The translations under genes and the position numbers were made by a program. A stretch of 64,000 nt of DNA, taken from Squalus acanthias. Its lineage: Eukaryota. The stretch's first letter is position 1; each line of letters starts with the position of its first letter. Of the stretch, positions 12,001 to 23,894 are shown piece by piece. The notes beneath the pieces are model-generated. The model saw only the letters and a program-made list of their open reading frames with translations, had not been told where the DNA came from and made no database searches. The DNA is taken from positions 19,902,001-19,966,000 of the forward strand of contig CM059449.1 of NCBI GenBank assembly GCA_030390025.1, in the 5' to 3' direction.

Positions 12001-12292
12001 CAATAACCAGGGGGCATAGTTTCAAGGTAAGGGGAAGGAGGTTTAGAGGGGATTTGAGGGAAGAAAAATTCACCCAGAGGGTGGTTGGAATCTGGAACTC
12101 ACTGCCTGAAAGGGTGGTAGAGGCAGGAACCCTCACAACATTCAAAAAGCATTTAGATGAGCACTTGAAACGCCATAGCATACAAGGCTACGGACCAAGT
12201 GCTGGAAAATGGGATTAGAATAGACAGGGTTTCATGGCCAGCGTAGACACGATGGGCCGAAGGGCCTCTTTTTGTGCTGTACGACTCTATGA
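9050..12292 (+). mobile_element. CR1 subfamily A copy 2 (ORF1 end through ORF2 to tail; degraded)
   Basis: VVISGLLPVP..DGLHL..ALN* followed by APE-RT with stops and small deletions; highly similar to copies 1 and 3. Confidence 0.95.
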
Positions 12293-12780
12293 ATGGCCAC
12301 AGCTCCTTGAGAAGGCCTCACGCTGCATTACTATCACTGCAGATCTCAGTACAAACCTTCATTTTGTTTCTGCCTCTTAACCGTTTGCAGCATCTGTTTT
12401 CATCATGACACTTCCTTCCTTGCTTCAATCGGCCATAGTTTCTGTATGCAAAACAGAACACAAAAGAACTGGGTTGTAATGGAAACAATATCATTCTGTG
12501 TCTACGTAGTTACACCATGAGACTTTCACCAGGTACAGAAGTGAGACTCTGTTTTAATGGAATATTATTGACCCAAACATCTGCTTTTCCGACTGATTCC
12601 TGCTATTAAGTTCTTCTTCCTTACTTCCCTTTTGTTGAAAGCTTTTATGAAATATAATTCACTTCTCCTTCAGCAAAGGAGAAATATCGTTAATCATCTC
12701 CAGGGTGCTTTCCTTGACGGTTGAGTGGGTAAATGCATCACCCTGGGTTTTGGTGAAGTAATTCAGCTCTGTCAGGACTG

Positions 12781-12915
12781 CATAGAAACATAGAAACATA
12801 GAAACATAGAATCTAGGAGCAGGAGTAGGCCATTCGGCCCGTCGAGCCTGCTCCGCCATTCAATACGATCATGGCTGATCATCCAAATCCAGTACCCTGT
12901 CTCTGCTTTAATCCC
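12781..12915 (-). mobile_element. CR1 3' tail with (TTCTATGT)n
   Basis: CATAGAAA repeated about 3.5 times, followed by the conserved stem-loop. Confidence 0.85.
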
Positions 12916-12919
12916 CACA

Positions 12920-13156
12920 GTACACATATCCCACACTACCCCCGTAACCCCACGTATTTAATTCCCCCTAACATATCCCATCCTATCCCCATAACCCCAC
13001 ACATTTAATCCCCCCTAACACTAAGGGTCAATTTATCATAGCCAAATCAACCTAACCCACACATTTTTGGACTGTGGGAGGAAACCGGAGCACCCGGAGG
13101 AAACCCACGCAGACACGGGGAGAATGTGCAAACTCCACACAGACAGTCACCCGAGG
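12920..13156 (-). mobile_element. HE1/V-SINE fragment including the V domain
   Basis: Reverse complement contains TGGAGTTTGCACATTCTCCCCGTGTCTGCGTGGGTTTCCTCCGGGTGCTCCGGTTTCCTCCCACAGTCCAAA. Confidence 0.85.
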
Positions 13157-13497
13157 TCAGTAGCAGTAGGGGCAGTGAAATTGTCCTGGGTTACAGAGGA
13201 GAAAGTCATCCAGGGTTCCTGCTCCAGGTTACTGGCCAGTGATCCCTCCTGCAAAGTGCCTGTGTTGGCGCTGCGTAAAGACTGGGACCGGGCTAAGCTG
13301 CAGATCCCCCGCCGTGGTCGAATATTCTGGCGACATTCAGTGTCTGGGAACACACACAAAGAATGGTGCTGGAAAGGTGGCGATTGTCTGTGTAACCTGT
13401 ACCCCAGCAGGAGCTGACCCCTTCATGAGAAGAAGAGGAAAATCATAATTCTTTGAGTGTTAACAGACCCTCGGTGATAGGGTCTGCGGTTAACATA

Positions 13498-14435
13498 CCC
13501 TCACTGACTGGCTCCGAGAGTGGACAGACCCTCACTGACTGGCTCCGAGAGTGGACAGACCCTCACTGACTGGCTGTGAGAGGGGACAGACCCCCACTGA
13601 CTGGCTGTGAGAGGGGACAGACCATCACTGACTGGCTGTGAGAGGGGACAGACCATCACTGACTGGCTCCGAGAGTGGACAGACCCTCACTGACTGGCTG
13701 TGAGAGGGGACAGACCCTCACTGACTGGCTGTGAGAGGGGACAGACCCTCACTGACTGGCTGTGAGAGGGGACAGACCCTCACTGACTGGCTGTGAGAGG
13801 GGACAGACCATCACTGACTGGCTGTGAGAGGGGACAGACCATCACTGACTGGCTCCGAGAGTGGACAGACCCTCACTGACTGGCTGTGAGAGGGGACAGA
13901 CCCTCACTGACTGGCTGTGAGAGGGGACAGACCCTCACTGACTGGCTCCGAGAGTGGACAGACCCTCACTGACTGGCTGTGAGAGGGGACAGACCATCAC
14001 TGACTGGCATCGAGAGTGGACAGACTCTCACTGACTGGCTGTGAGAGGGGACAGACCCTCACTTACTGGCTCCGAGAGTGGACAGACCCTCACTGACTGG
14101 CTGTGAGAGGGCACAGACCCTCACTGACTGGCTGTGAGAGGGCACAGACCCTCACTGACTGGCTGTGAGAGGGGACAGACCCTCACTGACTGGCTGTGAG
14201 AGGGGACAGACCATCACTGACTGGCTCCGAGAGTGGACAGACCCTCACTGACTGGCTGTGAGAGGGCACAGACCCTCACTGACTGGCTGTGAGAGGGCAC
14301 AGACTCTCACTGACTGGCTGTGAGAGGGGACAGGCCCTCACTGACTGGCTGTGGGAGCGGACAGACCCTCACTGACTGGCTGTGGAAGTGGACAGACCCT
14401 CACTGACTGGCTGTGAGAGCGGACAGACCCTCACT
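13498..14435. repeat. 31-bp minisatellite, about 30 copies
   Basis: Unit CCCTCACTGACTGGCTGTGAGAGGGGACAGA with variant ..GCTCCGAGAGTGG..; exact 31-bp period from 13498 to 14428. Confidence 0.97.
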
Positions 14436-14521
14436 ATTGGCACTGGCCCAGTGTGTCACACAAATTAAAATCCTGCAGCTCCTCCAAGGCCGGGAGGACA
14501 GATTTTAGCCCACACGGTGAC

Positions 14522-14618
14522 TGTTTCTGGTGAAACGCAAAAAGTGAAGTTGTTTTGACTAAAATATTTGTTTCTGGTGAAACGCAAAAAGTGAAGTTGT
14601 TTTGACTAAAATATTTGT
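14522..14618. repeat. 47-bp perfect tandem duplication
   Basis: TGTTTCTGGTGAAACGCAAAAAGTGAAGTTGTTTTGACTAAAATATT occurs twice (14522, 14569). Confidence 0.95.
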
Positions 14619-17600
14619 AAAAGCATAGACGACCGTCCACCTTTAATTCGGTTCCAATCTGCCACGTTGTTCACAGTTTGACCCACCCTCCTGTTAGCAA
14701 GTATAAGCGACAGCTGCCGTGTAGGAAGTGAAATATGACTGTGTACATTGCAGTAAACTGACATTGTTCCATGATCGCTCTCCCCAGCAACTACACTCTT
14801 CACACGTCATCCTGATATACGAGCACAAATGCAAATATTTGCACAGAACACTCCGCTCCCAGGCACATGAAAAACAAGAAAGTCAAGCATGAGCGGGCAA
14901 GCCATTCTGTCCATCCAAGCTCATCCCAGAGTGCTCCAACTCACCCAGGGCCCCCTCAAGCGCTGCAACTCCTCCGAAACCTCATTTCAAATGTTTCTCA
15001 CCCTTTGACTCAGATCTCTTCTAAACATATCGCAGTAGACAAACAGTTCCGCGCTCCCAGGCACATCAGATAACAGAGGAGCCCGCTGCGGTTTAAAGGG
15101 TCTCGGGCACTGCGGGGAGTGATGTTTAAAGGGTCCCGACTGCTGCACTGAGTGCGGTTAAAGGGATTTGGTGGGTGCAGCTAAAAGGGTCGCACACGTA
15201 GATAAATAAAGTTTCAAGGGTTTTGGATTGGGTGGGGGGGGGGTGGTGGGCGTAGGGAGTTTGGCTTAAAGGGTCTCAGACACAGGGGTGGGCGGGGGTT
15301 AAAAGCGAGGCCTTGGATAGATGAGCTGGGATGAGCCGAATGGCGTTACTCATCGTAATATCCAAATTTGCCGATGACGCAAAGATAGTGTAGATGAAGA
15401 CATACAATTACAAAGAGCTATTGATAGATTACGTAAATGGGTAAAACTGTGGCAAATGAATTTCAAGGAAAGCAAATGTGAGGTCATCCACTTTGGACCT
15501 AAAAAGGATAGAACAGGGTACTTTCTAAATGGTAAAAAGCTAAAAACAGTGGATGTCCAAAGAGACTTGGGGGTTCAGGTGCATAGATCATTAAAATGTC
15601 ATGAACAGGTACAGAAAATAATCAAAATGGTTAATGGAATGCTGGATAACCAGGGAAAGAGTAGGGCCCATTAGGGACCAAAGTGGTAATCTGTGTGTAG
15701 AGCCGGAAGATGTGGGTGAGGTTTTAAATGAATATTTTGCATCTGTGTTCACTATGGAGAAGGATGATGTAGGCATAGAAATCAGGCAGGGGGATTGTGA
15801 TATACTTGAACAAATTAGTATTGAGAGGGAGGAGGTGCTAGCGGTTTTAACGGGCTTAAAAGTGGATAAATCCCCAAGCCCAGACAAGATGTATCCCAGG
15901 CTGCTGTGTGAGGCAAGGGAGGAGATTGCAGGGGCTCTGACACAAATTTTCAGATCCTCTCTGGCCACAGGGGAGGTGCCAGAGGACTGGAGGACAGCTA
16001 ACATAGTACCATTATTCAAGAAGGGTAGTAGGGATAAACCAGGGAATTACAGGCCAGTGAGCCTAACATCAGTGGTAGGGAAATTATTGGAAAAAATTCT
16101 GAGGGACAGAATTAGTCTCCACTTCGAGAGGCAAGGATTAATCAAGGATAGTCAGCATGGCTTTGTCAGGGGGAGATTATGTCTAACCAATTTGATTGAA
16201 TTTTTCGAGGGGGTGACTAGGTGCGTGGATGAGGGTAGTGCAGTTGATGTAGTCTACATGGACTTCAGTAAGGCTTTTGACAAAGTCCCGCATGGGAGAC
16301 TGGTCAAGAAGGTAAGAGCCCATGAGATCCAGGGCAGTTTGGCACATTGGATCCAAAATTGGCTTAGTGGCAGGAGGTAGAGGGTGATGGTCGAAGGTTG
16401 ATTTTGTGACTGGAAGCCTGTGTCCAGTGGTGTACCGCAGGGATCGGTGCTGGGTCCTTTGCTGTTTGTAGTGTACATTAATGATTTAGGTATGAATGTA
16501 GGAGGTATGATCAGTAAGTTCGCAGATGACAAGTCGTGGTACACATCGGTACCAACGACATAGGTAGGAGAAGAGACGGGGATTTAAAACAGGAATTTAG
16601 GGAGCCAGGTTGGAAGCTGAGAGCCAGTACAAACCATGTTGTAATTTCTGGTTTGTTGCCGGTGCCACGTGCTAGCGAGTTGAGGAACAGGGAGAGAGTG
16701 CAGATAAACACGTGGCTGCAGGGATGGTGTAGGGGGGGAGGGTTTCAGTTATGTGGATAATTGGAGCACATTCTGGGGAAGGTGGGACCTGTACAAACAG
16801 GACGGTTTGCACCTGAACCAGAGGGGCACCAATATCCTGGGAGGGAAATTTGCTACGGCTCTTCGGGAGGGTTTAAACTAATTTGTCAGGGGGATGGGAA
16901 AAAGGGCTGTGGTCCACGAGCCAGTGGTGAGTGTAGGGAGGTACTGAGGAGGGTATCAAGGTCGCAGGAATGTACCGGCAGACAGGAAGATGGCTTGAAG
17001 TGTGTCTACTTCAATGCAAGGAGCATCCGGAATAAGGTAGGAGAACTTGGAGCGTGGATTGGTACTTGGGACTACGATGTGGTGGCCATTACGGAGACAT
17101 GGTTAGAACAGGGACAGGAATGGTTGTTGGAAGTTCCGGGGTATAGATGTTTCAGTAAGAGTAGGGAAGTTGGTAAGAAAGGTGGAGGAGTAGCATTGTT
17201 AATCAAGGATAGTTTAACAGCGGCAGAAAGGCAGTTCGAGGGGGATCTGCCGTCTGAGGTAATATGGGCTGAAGTTAGAAATAGGAAAGGAGCGGTCACG
17301 TTGTTAGGAGTTTTCTACAGGCCCCCAAATAGTAATAGAGATGTGGAGGAAGAAATTGCAAAGCAGATTATGAATAGGTGTGGAGGTCACAGAGTAGTTG
17401 TCATGGGTGACTTCAACTTTCCAAATATTGATTGGAACCTTTATAGGTCAAACAGTTCGGATGGGATAGTTTTTGCACAGTGTGTGCAGGAGGGTTTCCT
17501 GACACAATATGTGGATAGGCCGACAAGAGGTGGGGCCACGTTGGATTTGGTACTGGGTAATGAACCGGGCCAAGTGTTTGATTTGTATGTGGGAGAGCAC

Positions 17601-18808
17601 TTTGGAGATAGTGACCACAATTCGGTAACTTTCACTATTGCAATGGAGAGGGATAGGGCCATACGGCAGGGCAGGGTTTATAATTGGGGGAGGGGTAATT
17701 ATGATGCGATTAGGCAAGAATTAGGGAGTATAAGATGGGAACAGAAACTATCAGGGAAAGGCACAAACGAAAAGTGGAGCTTTTTCATGCAGCAATTACT
17801 GCGTGTCCTTGATAGGTATGTCCCTGTCAGGCAGGGAGGAAATGGCCGAGTGAGAACCATGGTTCACAAAAGAGGTTGAATGTCTAGTCAAGAGGAAAAA
17901 GGAAGCGTATGTAAGGATGAGAAAACAAGGTTCAGTTGGGTCGATTGAGGGGTACAAGGTAGCAAGGAATGAGCTAAAAAAAGAGCTTAGGAGAGCTAGG
18001 AGGGGGCATGAGAAGTCCTTGGCGGGTCGGATCAAGAAAAACCCCAAGGCTTTTTACTCTTATGTGAGAAATAAAAGAATGACCAGGGTGAGGGTAGGGC
18101 CGGTCAAGGACAGTAGTGGGAACTTGTGCATGGAGTCAGAAGAGATAGGAGAGGTGATGAATGAATACTTTTCGTCAGTGTTCACCGAGGAGAGGGGCCA
18201 TGTTCTTGAGGATGAGAGTGTGATAAAGGTGGATAGGCTGGAGGTGGTAGATGTTCTGAGGGAAGATGTTTTAGCAATTTTGAAGAACCTGAGGGTCGAT
18301 AAGTCCCCTGGGCCAGATGGGATATATCCTAGGATTCTTTGGGAGGCAAGGGAAGAGATTGCAGAGCCTCTGGCTTTGATCTTTGGGTCCTCACTGTCCA
18401 CGGGGATGGTGCCAGAGGACTGGAGAGTGGCGAATGTTGTTCCTCTCTTCAAGAAAGGAAATAGGAATGACCCTGGTAATTATAGGCCGGTTAGTCTTAC
18501 TTCGGTGGTTGGTAAGATAATGGAAAAGGTCCTGAGGGATAGGATTTATGACCATTTGGAAAGGGGCAACTTAATCAGGGATAGTCAACACGGATTCGTG
18601 AAGGGTAAGTCTTGCCTAACAAATTTGATTGAATTCTTTGAGGAGGTAACTAAGTGTGTAGATGAAGGTAGAGCAGTTGATGTTGTATACATGGATTTTA
18701 GTAAGGCGTTTGATAAGGTTCCCCATGGTCGTCTCATGAAGAAAGTAAGGAGTTGTGGGATAGAGGGAAATTTGGCCGATTGGATAAGTAACTGGCTATC
18801 TCATAGAA

Positions 18809-19182
18809 TTGAGAGGTCGCACAACACCAGGTTATAGTCCAACAGTTTTATTTGAAATCACAAGCTTTCGGAGCTATCGATTGCCCCTTCCTCGGCTCAA
18901 AGTGGAGAGAATCGCCAAGAAGATCGCGCATATCGACACCGACATCAAGTATCTACAGAGATGCAAGAAAGCAGTAGTGGTCTGCAATTGTAAGGTACAC
19001 ATGCTTTGTTCTCTATCTATATATGCTTTGGCGATTCTGTATCTAATTTACTTCACCTGAGGAAGGGGCAATCGATAGCTCCGAAAGCTTGTGATTTCAA
19101 ATAAAACTGTTGGACTATAACCTGGTGTTGTGCGACCTCTCAATTTTGTCCACCCCAGTCCAACACCGGCATCTCCGCATCA
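18809..19182 (+). mobile_element. Penelope-like non-autonomous mini-element (inverted pLTR, short ORF remnant, pLTR)
   Basis: 12-bp TSD TATCTCATAGAA (18797-18808 / 19183-19194); 87-bp perfect inverted repeat 18807-18893 / 19059-19145; hammerhead core; AATAAA at 19100. Confidence 0.85.
19053..19094 (+). ncRNA. Minimal type I hammerhead ribozyme motif (Penelope type)
   Basis: TCAC-CTGAGGA-A-GGGGC(AATCGATA)GCTCC-GAA-AGCT-T-GTGA: stem I TCAC/GTGA, stem II GGGGC/GCTCC, palindromic stem III AGCT. Confidence 0.75.
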
Positions 19183-21355
19183 TATCTCATAGAAGGCAGA
19201 GGGTGGTGGTGGATGGAACATTTTCGGACTGGAGACCAGTTACCAGCGGTGTGCCACAGGGGTCGGTGCTGGGTCCTCTGCTGTTTGTGATTTTTATCAA
19301 TGACTTGGAGGAGGGGACTGAAGGGTGGATCAGTAAATTTGCTGATGACACCAAGATTGGTGGAGTAGTGGATGAGGTGGAGGGCAGTTGTAGGCTGCAA
19401 AGCGACATTGATAGGATGCAGAGCTGGGCCGAAAAATGGCAGATGGAATTTAACCCTGATAAGTGCGAGGTGATTCATTTTGGTAGGGCAAATTTGAATA
19501 AGGATTACAGGGTCAACGGCAGGGTTCTGAGGAACGTGGAGGAGCAGAGGGATCTGGGGGTTCATATCCACAGATCTCTGAAGGTTGCCACTCAAGTGGA
19601 TAGAGCAGTAAAGAAGGCCTATGGTGTGTTGGCGTTTATTAACAGAGGGTTTGAGTTTAAGAACCGTGAGGTTATGCTGCAACTGTACAGGACCTTGGTG
19701 AGACCACATTTGGAATATTGTGTGCAGTTCTGGTCACCTCACTATAGGAAGGACGTGGAAGCATTGGAAAGAGTGCAAAGGAGATTTACCAGGATGCTGC
19801 CTGGTTTGGGGGGGAGGTCTTATGAGGAAAGATTGAGGGAGTTGGGGCTTTTCTCTTTAGAGCGGAGGAGGATGAGAGGCGACTTAATAGAGGTTTATAA
19901 GATGATGAGGGGGATAGATAGAGTGGATGTTCAGAGACTATTTCCTCGGGTAGAGGCAGCTGTTACAAGGGGGCATAACTATAAGGTGCATGGGGGGAGA
20001 TATAGAAGGGATGTCCGAGGTAGATTCTTTACTCAGAGAGTGGTTGGGGTGTGGAATGGACTGCCTGCTGTGATAGTGGAGTCGGACACTTTAGGAACTT
20101 TCAAGCGGTTATTGGATAAGCACATGGAGCACACCAGAGTGATAGGGAGTGTGATAGCTTGATCTTGGTCTCGGACAATGCTCGGCACAACATCGAGGGC
20201 CGAAGGGCCTGTACTGTGCTGTACTGTTCTATGTATCTATGTATCTATGTATGACACAAAAATTGGTGGAGTGGTAAATAGCGAGGAGGGAAGTCTCAGG
20301 CTGCAGGACGATATAGACGGGTTGCTTCGATGGGCAGAACAGTGGCAAATGGAATTTAACCCTGAAAAGTGTGAGGTGATGCATTTTGGGAGAACTAACA
20401 AGGCAAGGGAATACACAATGAATGGTAGGACCCTAGGAAGGACAGAGGATCAGAGGGACCTTGGTGTGCATGTACATAGATCCCTGAAGGCAGCAGGACA
20501 GGTAGATAAGGTGGTTAAAAAGGCATATGGGATACTTGCCTTCATTAGCCGAGACGTAGAATATAAGAGCAGGGAGGTTATGATGGAGCTGTACGAAACG
20601 CTAGATAGGCCACAGCTGGAATACTGTGTGCAGTTCTGGTCGCCACACTATAGGAAGGATGTGATTGCATTGGAGAGGGTGCAGAGGAGATTCACCAGGG
20701 TGTTACCTGGGCTGGAGCGCTTCAGCTATGAAGAGAGATTGGACAGGCTGGGGTTGCTTTCCTTAGAGCAGAGAAGGCTGAGGGGGGACCTGATTGAGGT
20801 GTACAAAATTATAAGGGGCATAGATAGGGTAGATAGAAAGGAACTTTTCCCTTAGTAGAGGGGTCAATAACCAGGGGGCATAGTTTCAAGGTAAGGGGCA
20901 GGAGGTTTAGAGGGGATTTGAGGAACAACTTTTTCACCCAGAGGGTGGTTGGAATCTGGAACTCACTGCCTGAAAGGGTGGTAGAGGCAGGAACCCTCAC
21001 ATTTAAGAAGCATTTAGATGAGCACTTGAAACGCCATAGCATACAAGGCTACGGACCAAGTGCTGGAAAATGGGATTAGAATAGATAGGGCTTGATGGCC
21101 GGCGCAGACACGATGTGCCGAAGGGCCTCTTTCTGTGCTGTATAACTCTATGACCTTTATATCTAGAGGACTAGAGTACAAGGGGGTGGAAGTTATGCTG
21201 CAGCTGTACAAAACTCTGGTTAGACCACACCTGGAGTAATGTAAGCAATTCTGGGCACCACACCTTCGGAAGGATATATTGGCCTTGGAGGGAGTGCAGC
21301 GTAGGTTTACCAGAATGATACCCAGACTTCAAGGGTTAAGTTACAAGGAAAGATT

Positions 21356-21790
21356 AAGAAAGACTTGCATTTATATTGCGCCTTTCACGACCACCGGACG
21401 TCTCAAAGCGCTTTACAGCCAATGAAGTACTTTTGGAGTGCCAATTTGTGCACAGCAAGCTCCCACAAACAGCAATGTGATAATGACCAGATAATCTATT
21501 TTTGTGATATCGATTGAGGGATAAATATTGGCCAGGACACCAAGGAATAACTCCCCTGCTCTTCTTCGAAATAGTGCCATGGGATCTTTTACGTCCACCT
21601 GAGAGAGCAGACGGGGCCTCGGTTTAACGTCTCATCCGAAAGATGGCACCTCCGACAGTGCAGCACTCCCTCAGCACTGCACTGGAGTGTCAGCCTAGAT
21701 TTATGTGTTGGAAGTCCCTGGAGTGGGACTTGAACCCACAACCTTCTGACTCCGAGGCGAGTGGGCTACCCACTGAGCCACAGCTGACAT
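21356..21790 (-). mobile_element. Deu-domain tRNA SINE, near full length
   Basis: Head, Deu domain and ATGCAAGTCTTTCTT tail on the minus strand. Confidence 0.9.
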
Positions 21791-22100
21791 TAGGGTACAC
21801 AAATTAGGGTTGTATTCCCTAGAATTTAGAAGGTTAAGGGGTGATCTGATCGAAGTTTTCAGGATATTAAGGGGAACAGATAGGGTAGATAGAGAGAAAC
21901 TATTTCCGCTGGTTGGGGATTCTAGGACTAGGGGGGCATAGTCTAAAAATTAGAGCCAGACCTTTCAGGAGTGAAATTAGGAAACACTTCTACACACAAA
22001 GGGTGGTAGAAGTTTGGAACACTCTTCTGCAAACGGCTAGATCAATTGTTAGTTTTAAATCGGAGATTGATAGCTTTTTGTTAACCAAGGGTATTAAGGG

Positions 22101-22300
22101 ATAGAAACATAGAAAATAGGTGCAGGAGTAGACCATTCGGTCCTTTGAGCCTGCACCGCCATTTAATGCGTTCATGGCTGAACATGCTACCTCAGTACCC
22201 CATTCCTGCTTTCTCGCCATACCCCTTGATCCCCCTAGTTGTGAGTATTACATCTAACTCCCTTTTGAATATATTTAGCGAACTGGCCTCAACAACCTTC
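22101..22300 (-). mobile_element. Young CR1 3' end, fused to the ferritin fragment
   Basis: Near-identical to 56671-56870. Confidence 0.9.
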
Positions 22301-22383
22301 ATCAGTTTCTCAGCGTGCTCCCGTTCCTCATGTGACTGCTCCTCGAAGAACTCGGCAAAGTGACGCAGGGCAACGTCATCCCG
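22297..22383 (-). pseudogene. fth1: Ferritin heavy-type chain coding fragment (29 codons)
   Basis: Translates [29 protein letters not shown], the ferritin helix-B signature with ferroxidase EExxH; no other ferritin sequence nearby. Confidence 0.93.
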
Positions 22384-22384
22384 T

Positions 22385-22660
22385 TAGGTTGGCTCCAGTT
22401 GGTGGCACTTTGCCCCTGTGATTCAATGGGTTGTAGATTCAAGTCTCACGACACTATTGTGATATTGGTTTAGTAGTGCCATTCTTCAGTTGAGATGATA
22501 AATCAGGTGCCTACCTGACAGAGCAGATGGATATTAAAGATCCCGTGGCCCCATTTAAATAAGAGCAGGGGGTTCTCCCACTTTCCCAGCCAACACTCTT
22601 CCCTCCACAACCAGCATCGCCAAAAACAGGTCCTTCATCTCATTGCTGTCTCAGAGATCT
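22385..22660 (+). mobile_element. Degenerate Deu-domain SINE
   Basis: Diverged head and TAAAGATCCCGTGGC..AAGAGCAGGGGGTTCTCCC. Confidence 0.65.
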
Positions 22661-23025
22661 TCGAATGACCCGTCCCTTTTAATCTTTCATTATTTAACAA
22701 GGTCCAAAATTAAGATTTACAAACACCCATCACCGCACTTATAACCCTTGTCAGGAGAGGTCCCGGGGAACATCTCTTAAACAGAGGCTCGCAGCCTCAT
22801 TGTGCCACTCTGGCCTGCCTCCATTCTAATCAACGGTCATCGAAGGCTGGAAACCTGTGGCACACAAAATTAAAATAAAGGAATTCCAGCGCTGTGCTGT
22901 TTGGTTTAACTGGAGACCGAACAGCGAGGCCCACAAAAATGGGTCTTTGATTCCACTGGGTGTCAGATCTGTCAATGGGAGTGGCATTTCAGTGGTAGTA
23001 TTGAGAATGCTGCATTGTCGGAGGT

Positions 23026-23058
<33 letters not shown>

Positions 23059-23894
23059 TAGACAAGACGTTGAAGCTATAAAACATCACCTGACGCTATT
23101 CAAAGATAAGCAGGTAGTTCTGCAGCTGCCCTGAGCAACATGTCCCTGAATCGACACTATCAGAAACGGTTTAGCTTTCATCCCATCTGCTGTTTACTGA
23201 AGCTTGCTACTGTGTTTGCCTACAAAGCAACAGTGTAAAAATAATTAACTGGATGCGAGATATGTTGGAACATCCTGAGGGCATGATAAGGTGCTGTACA
23301 AACGTACCTAAATTGTTTCCTGAACATCTGTTCTATTCATAAGAGCTCAGAGAATGTTTTAGCAGCTGGCGTGCATTTCCGTCGTGTCGCAGCTGCCTAT
23401 ATTTAACTGACCTGTAGGCGGGGAGCAGATTGCGAGCAACTGAATAGATGTCAGAGTCTGGCGCCTGACACTGACCACAGCTCATATTGGGCCTCTCGTG
23501 ATTCCAGTGCCTGCGGGCTTGGCGGCTCAGTGGTTTGATGTCTCAGTGGACCTTTATAGTGCCTCATTGCGATTGTGTCGAGATTACCAAGCTCTTTTCT
23601 AGTCATCTCTCACATTTTCACGTCTGCTCTAACCTCCGCCTAAAGGTTGATGATAAGATAGGCAGCAAACACAACAGCCCTGCCGCACCAGCCGGATACA
23701 GACCAGCATGCACGGGTATGAGAACAGGCCACCTTGTACACTCGCTTGGCAATGCCAGGGCTTGGGAGCAGACCTGACTCAACAGCTGGAAGTAGATTCG
23801 GAGGGTACGGCACATTTGGACTGCCCACTTGATACCCTTTACTGTGCATTCCCACGTGTAGCACCTGACCGACGCAGACCACCCACAGTCTAAT

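Larger units (their letters stand above)
16532..20250 (+). mobile_element. CR1 of a distinct subfamily (ORF1 esterase end plus near-intact ORF2) nested in copy 3
   Basis: HIGTND..DGLHL..GLN*; APE-RT with one frameshift near 17850 and the Penelope insertion; (CTATGTAT)n tail; 6-bp TSD. Confidence 0.95.
15644..21153 (+). mobile_element. CR1 subfamily A copy 3 (pieces 15644-16531 and 20251-21153)
   Basis: Split inside FADD; TSD ATGACA at 16526-16531 and 20251-20256. Confidence 0.95.
15355..22102 (+). mobile_element. Old CR1 3' half, outermost layer of the nest (pieces 15355-15645, 21154-21355, 21791-22102)
   Basis: RT reads ..NGML|AFISRGLEY across the 15645/21154 junction. Confidence 0.85.

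Noticed and set aside
13498-14435. CRISPR-like array
   Set aside because: Units are contiguous with no unique spacers, there are no cas genes, and the context is vertebrate.
15085-15305. Recurrent TTAAAGGGTC motif
   Set aside because: Degenerate short tandem repeat with no supportable function.
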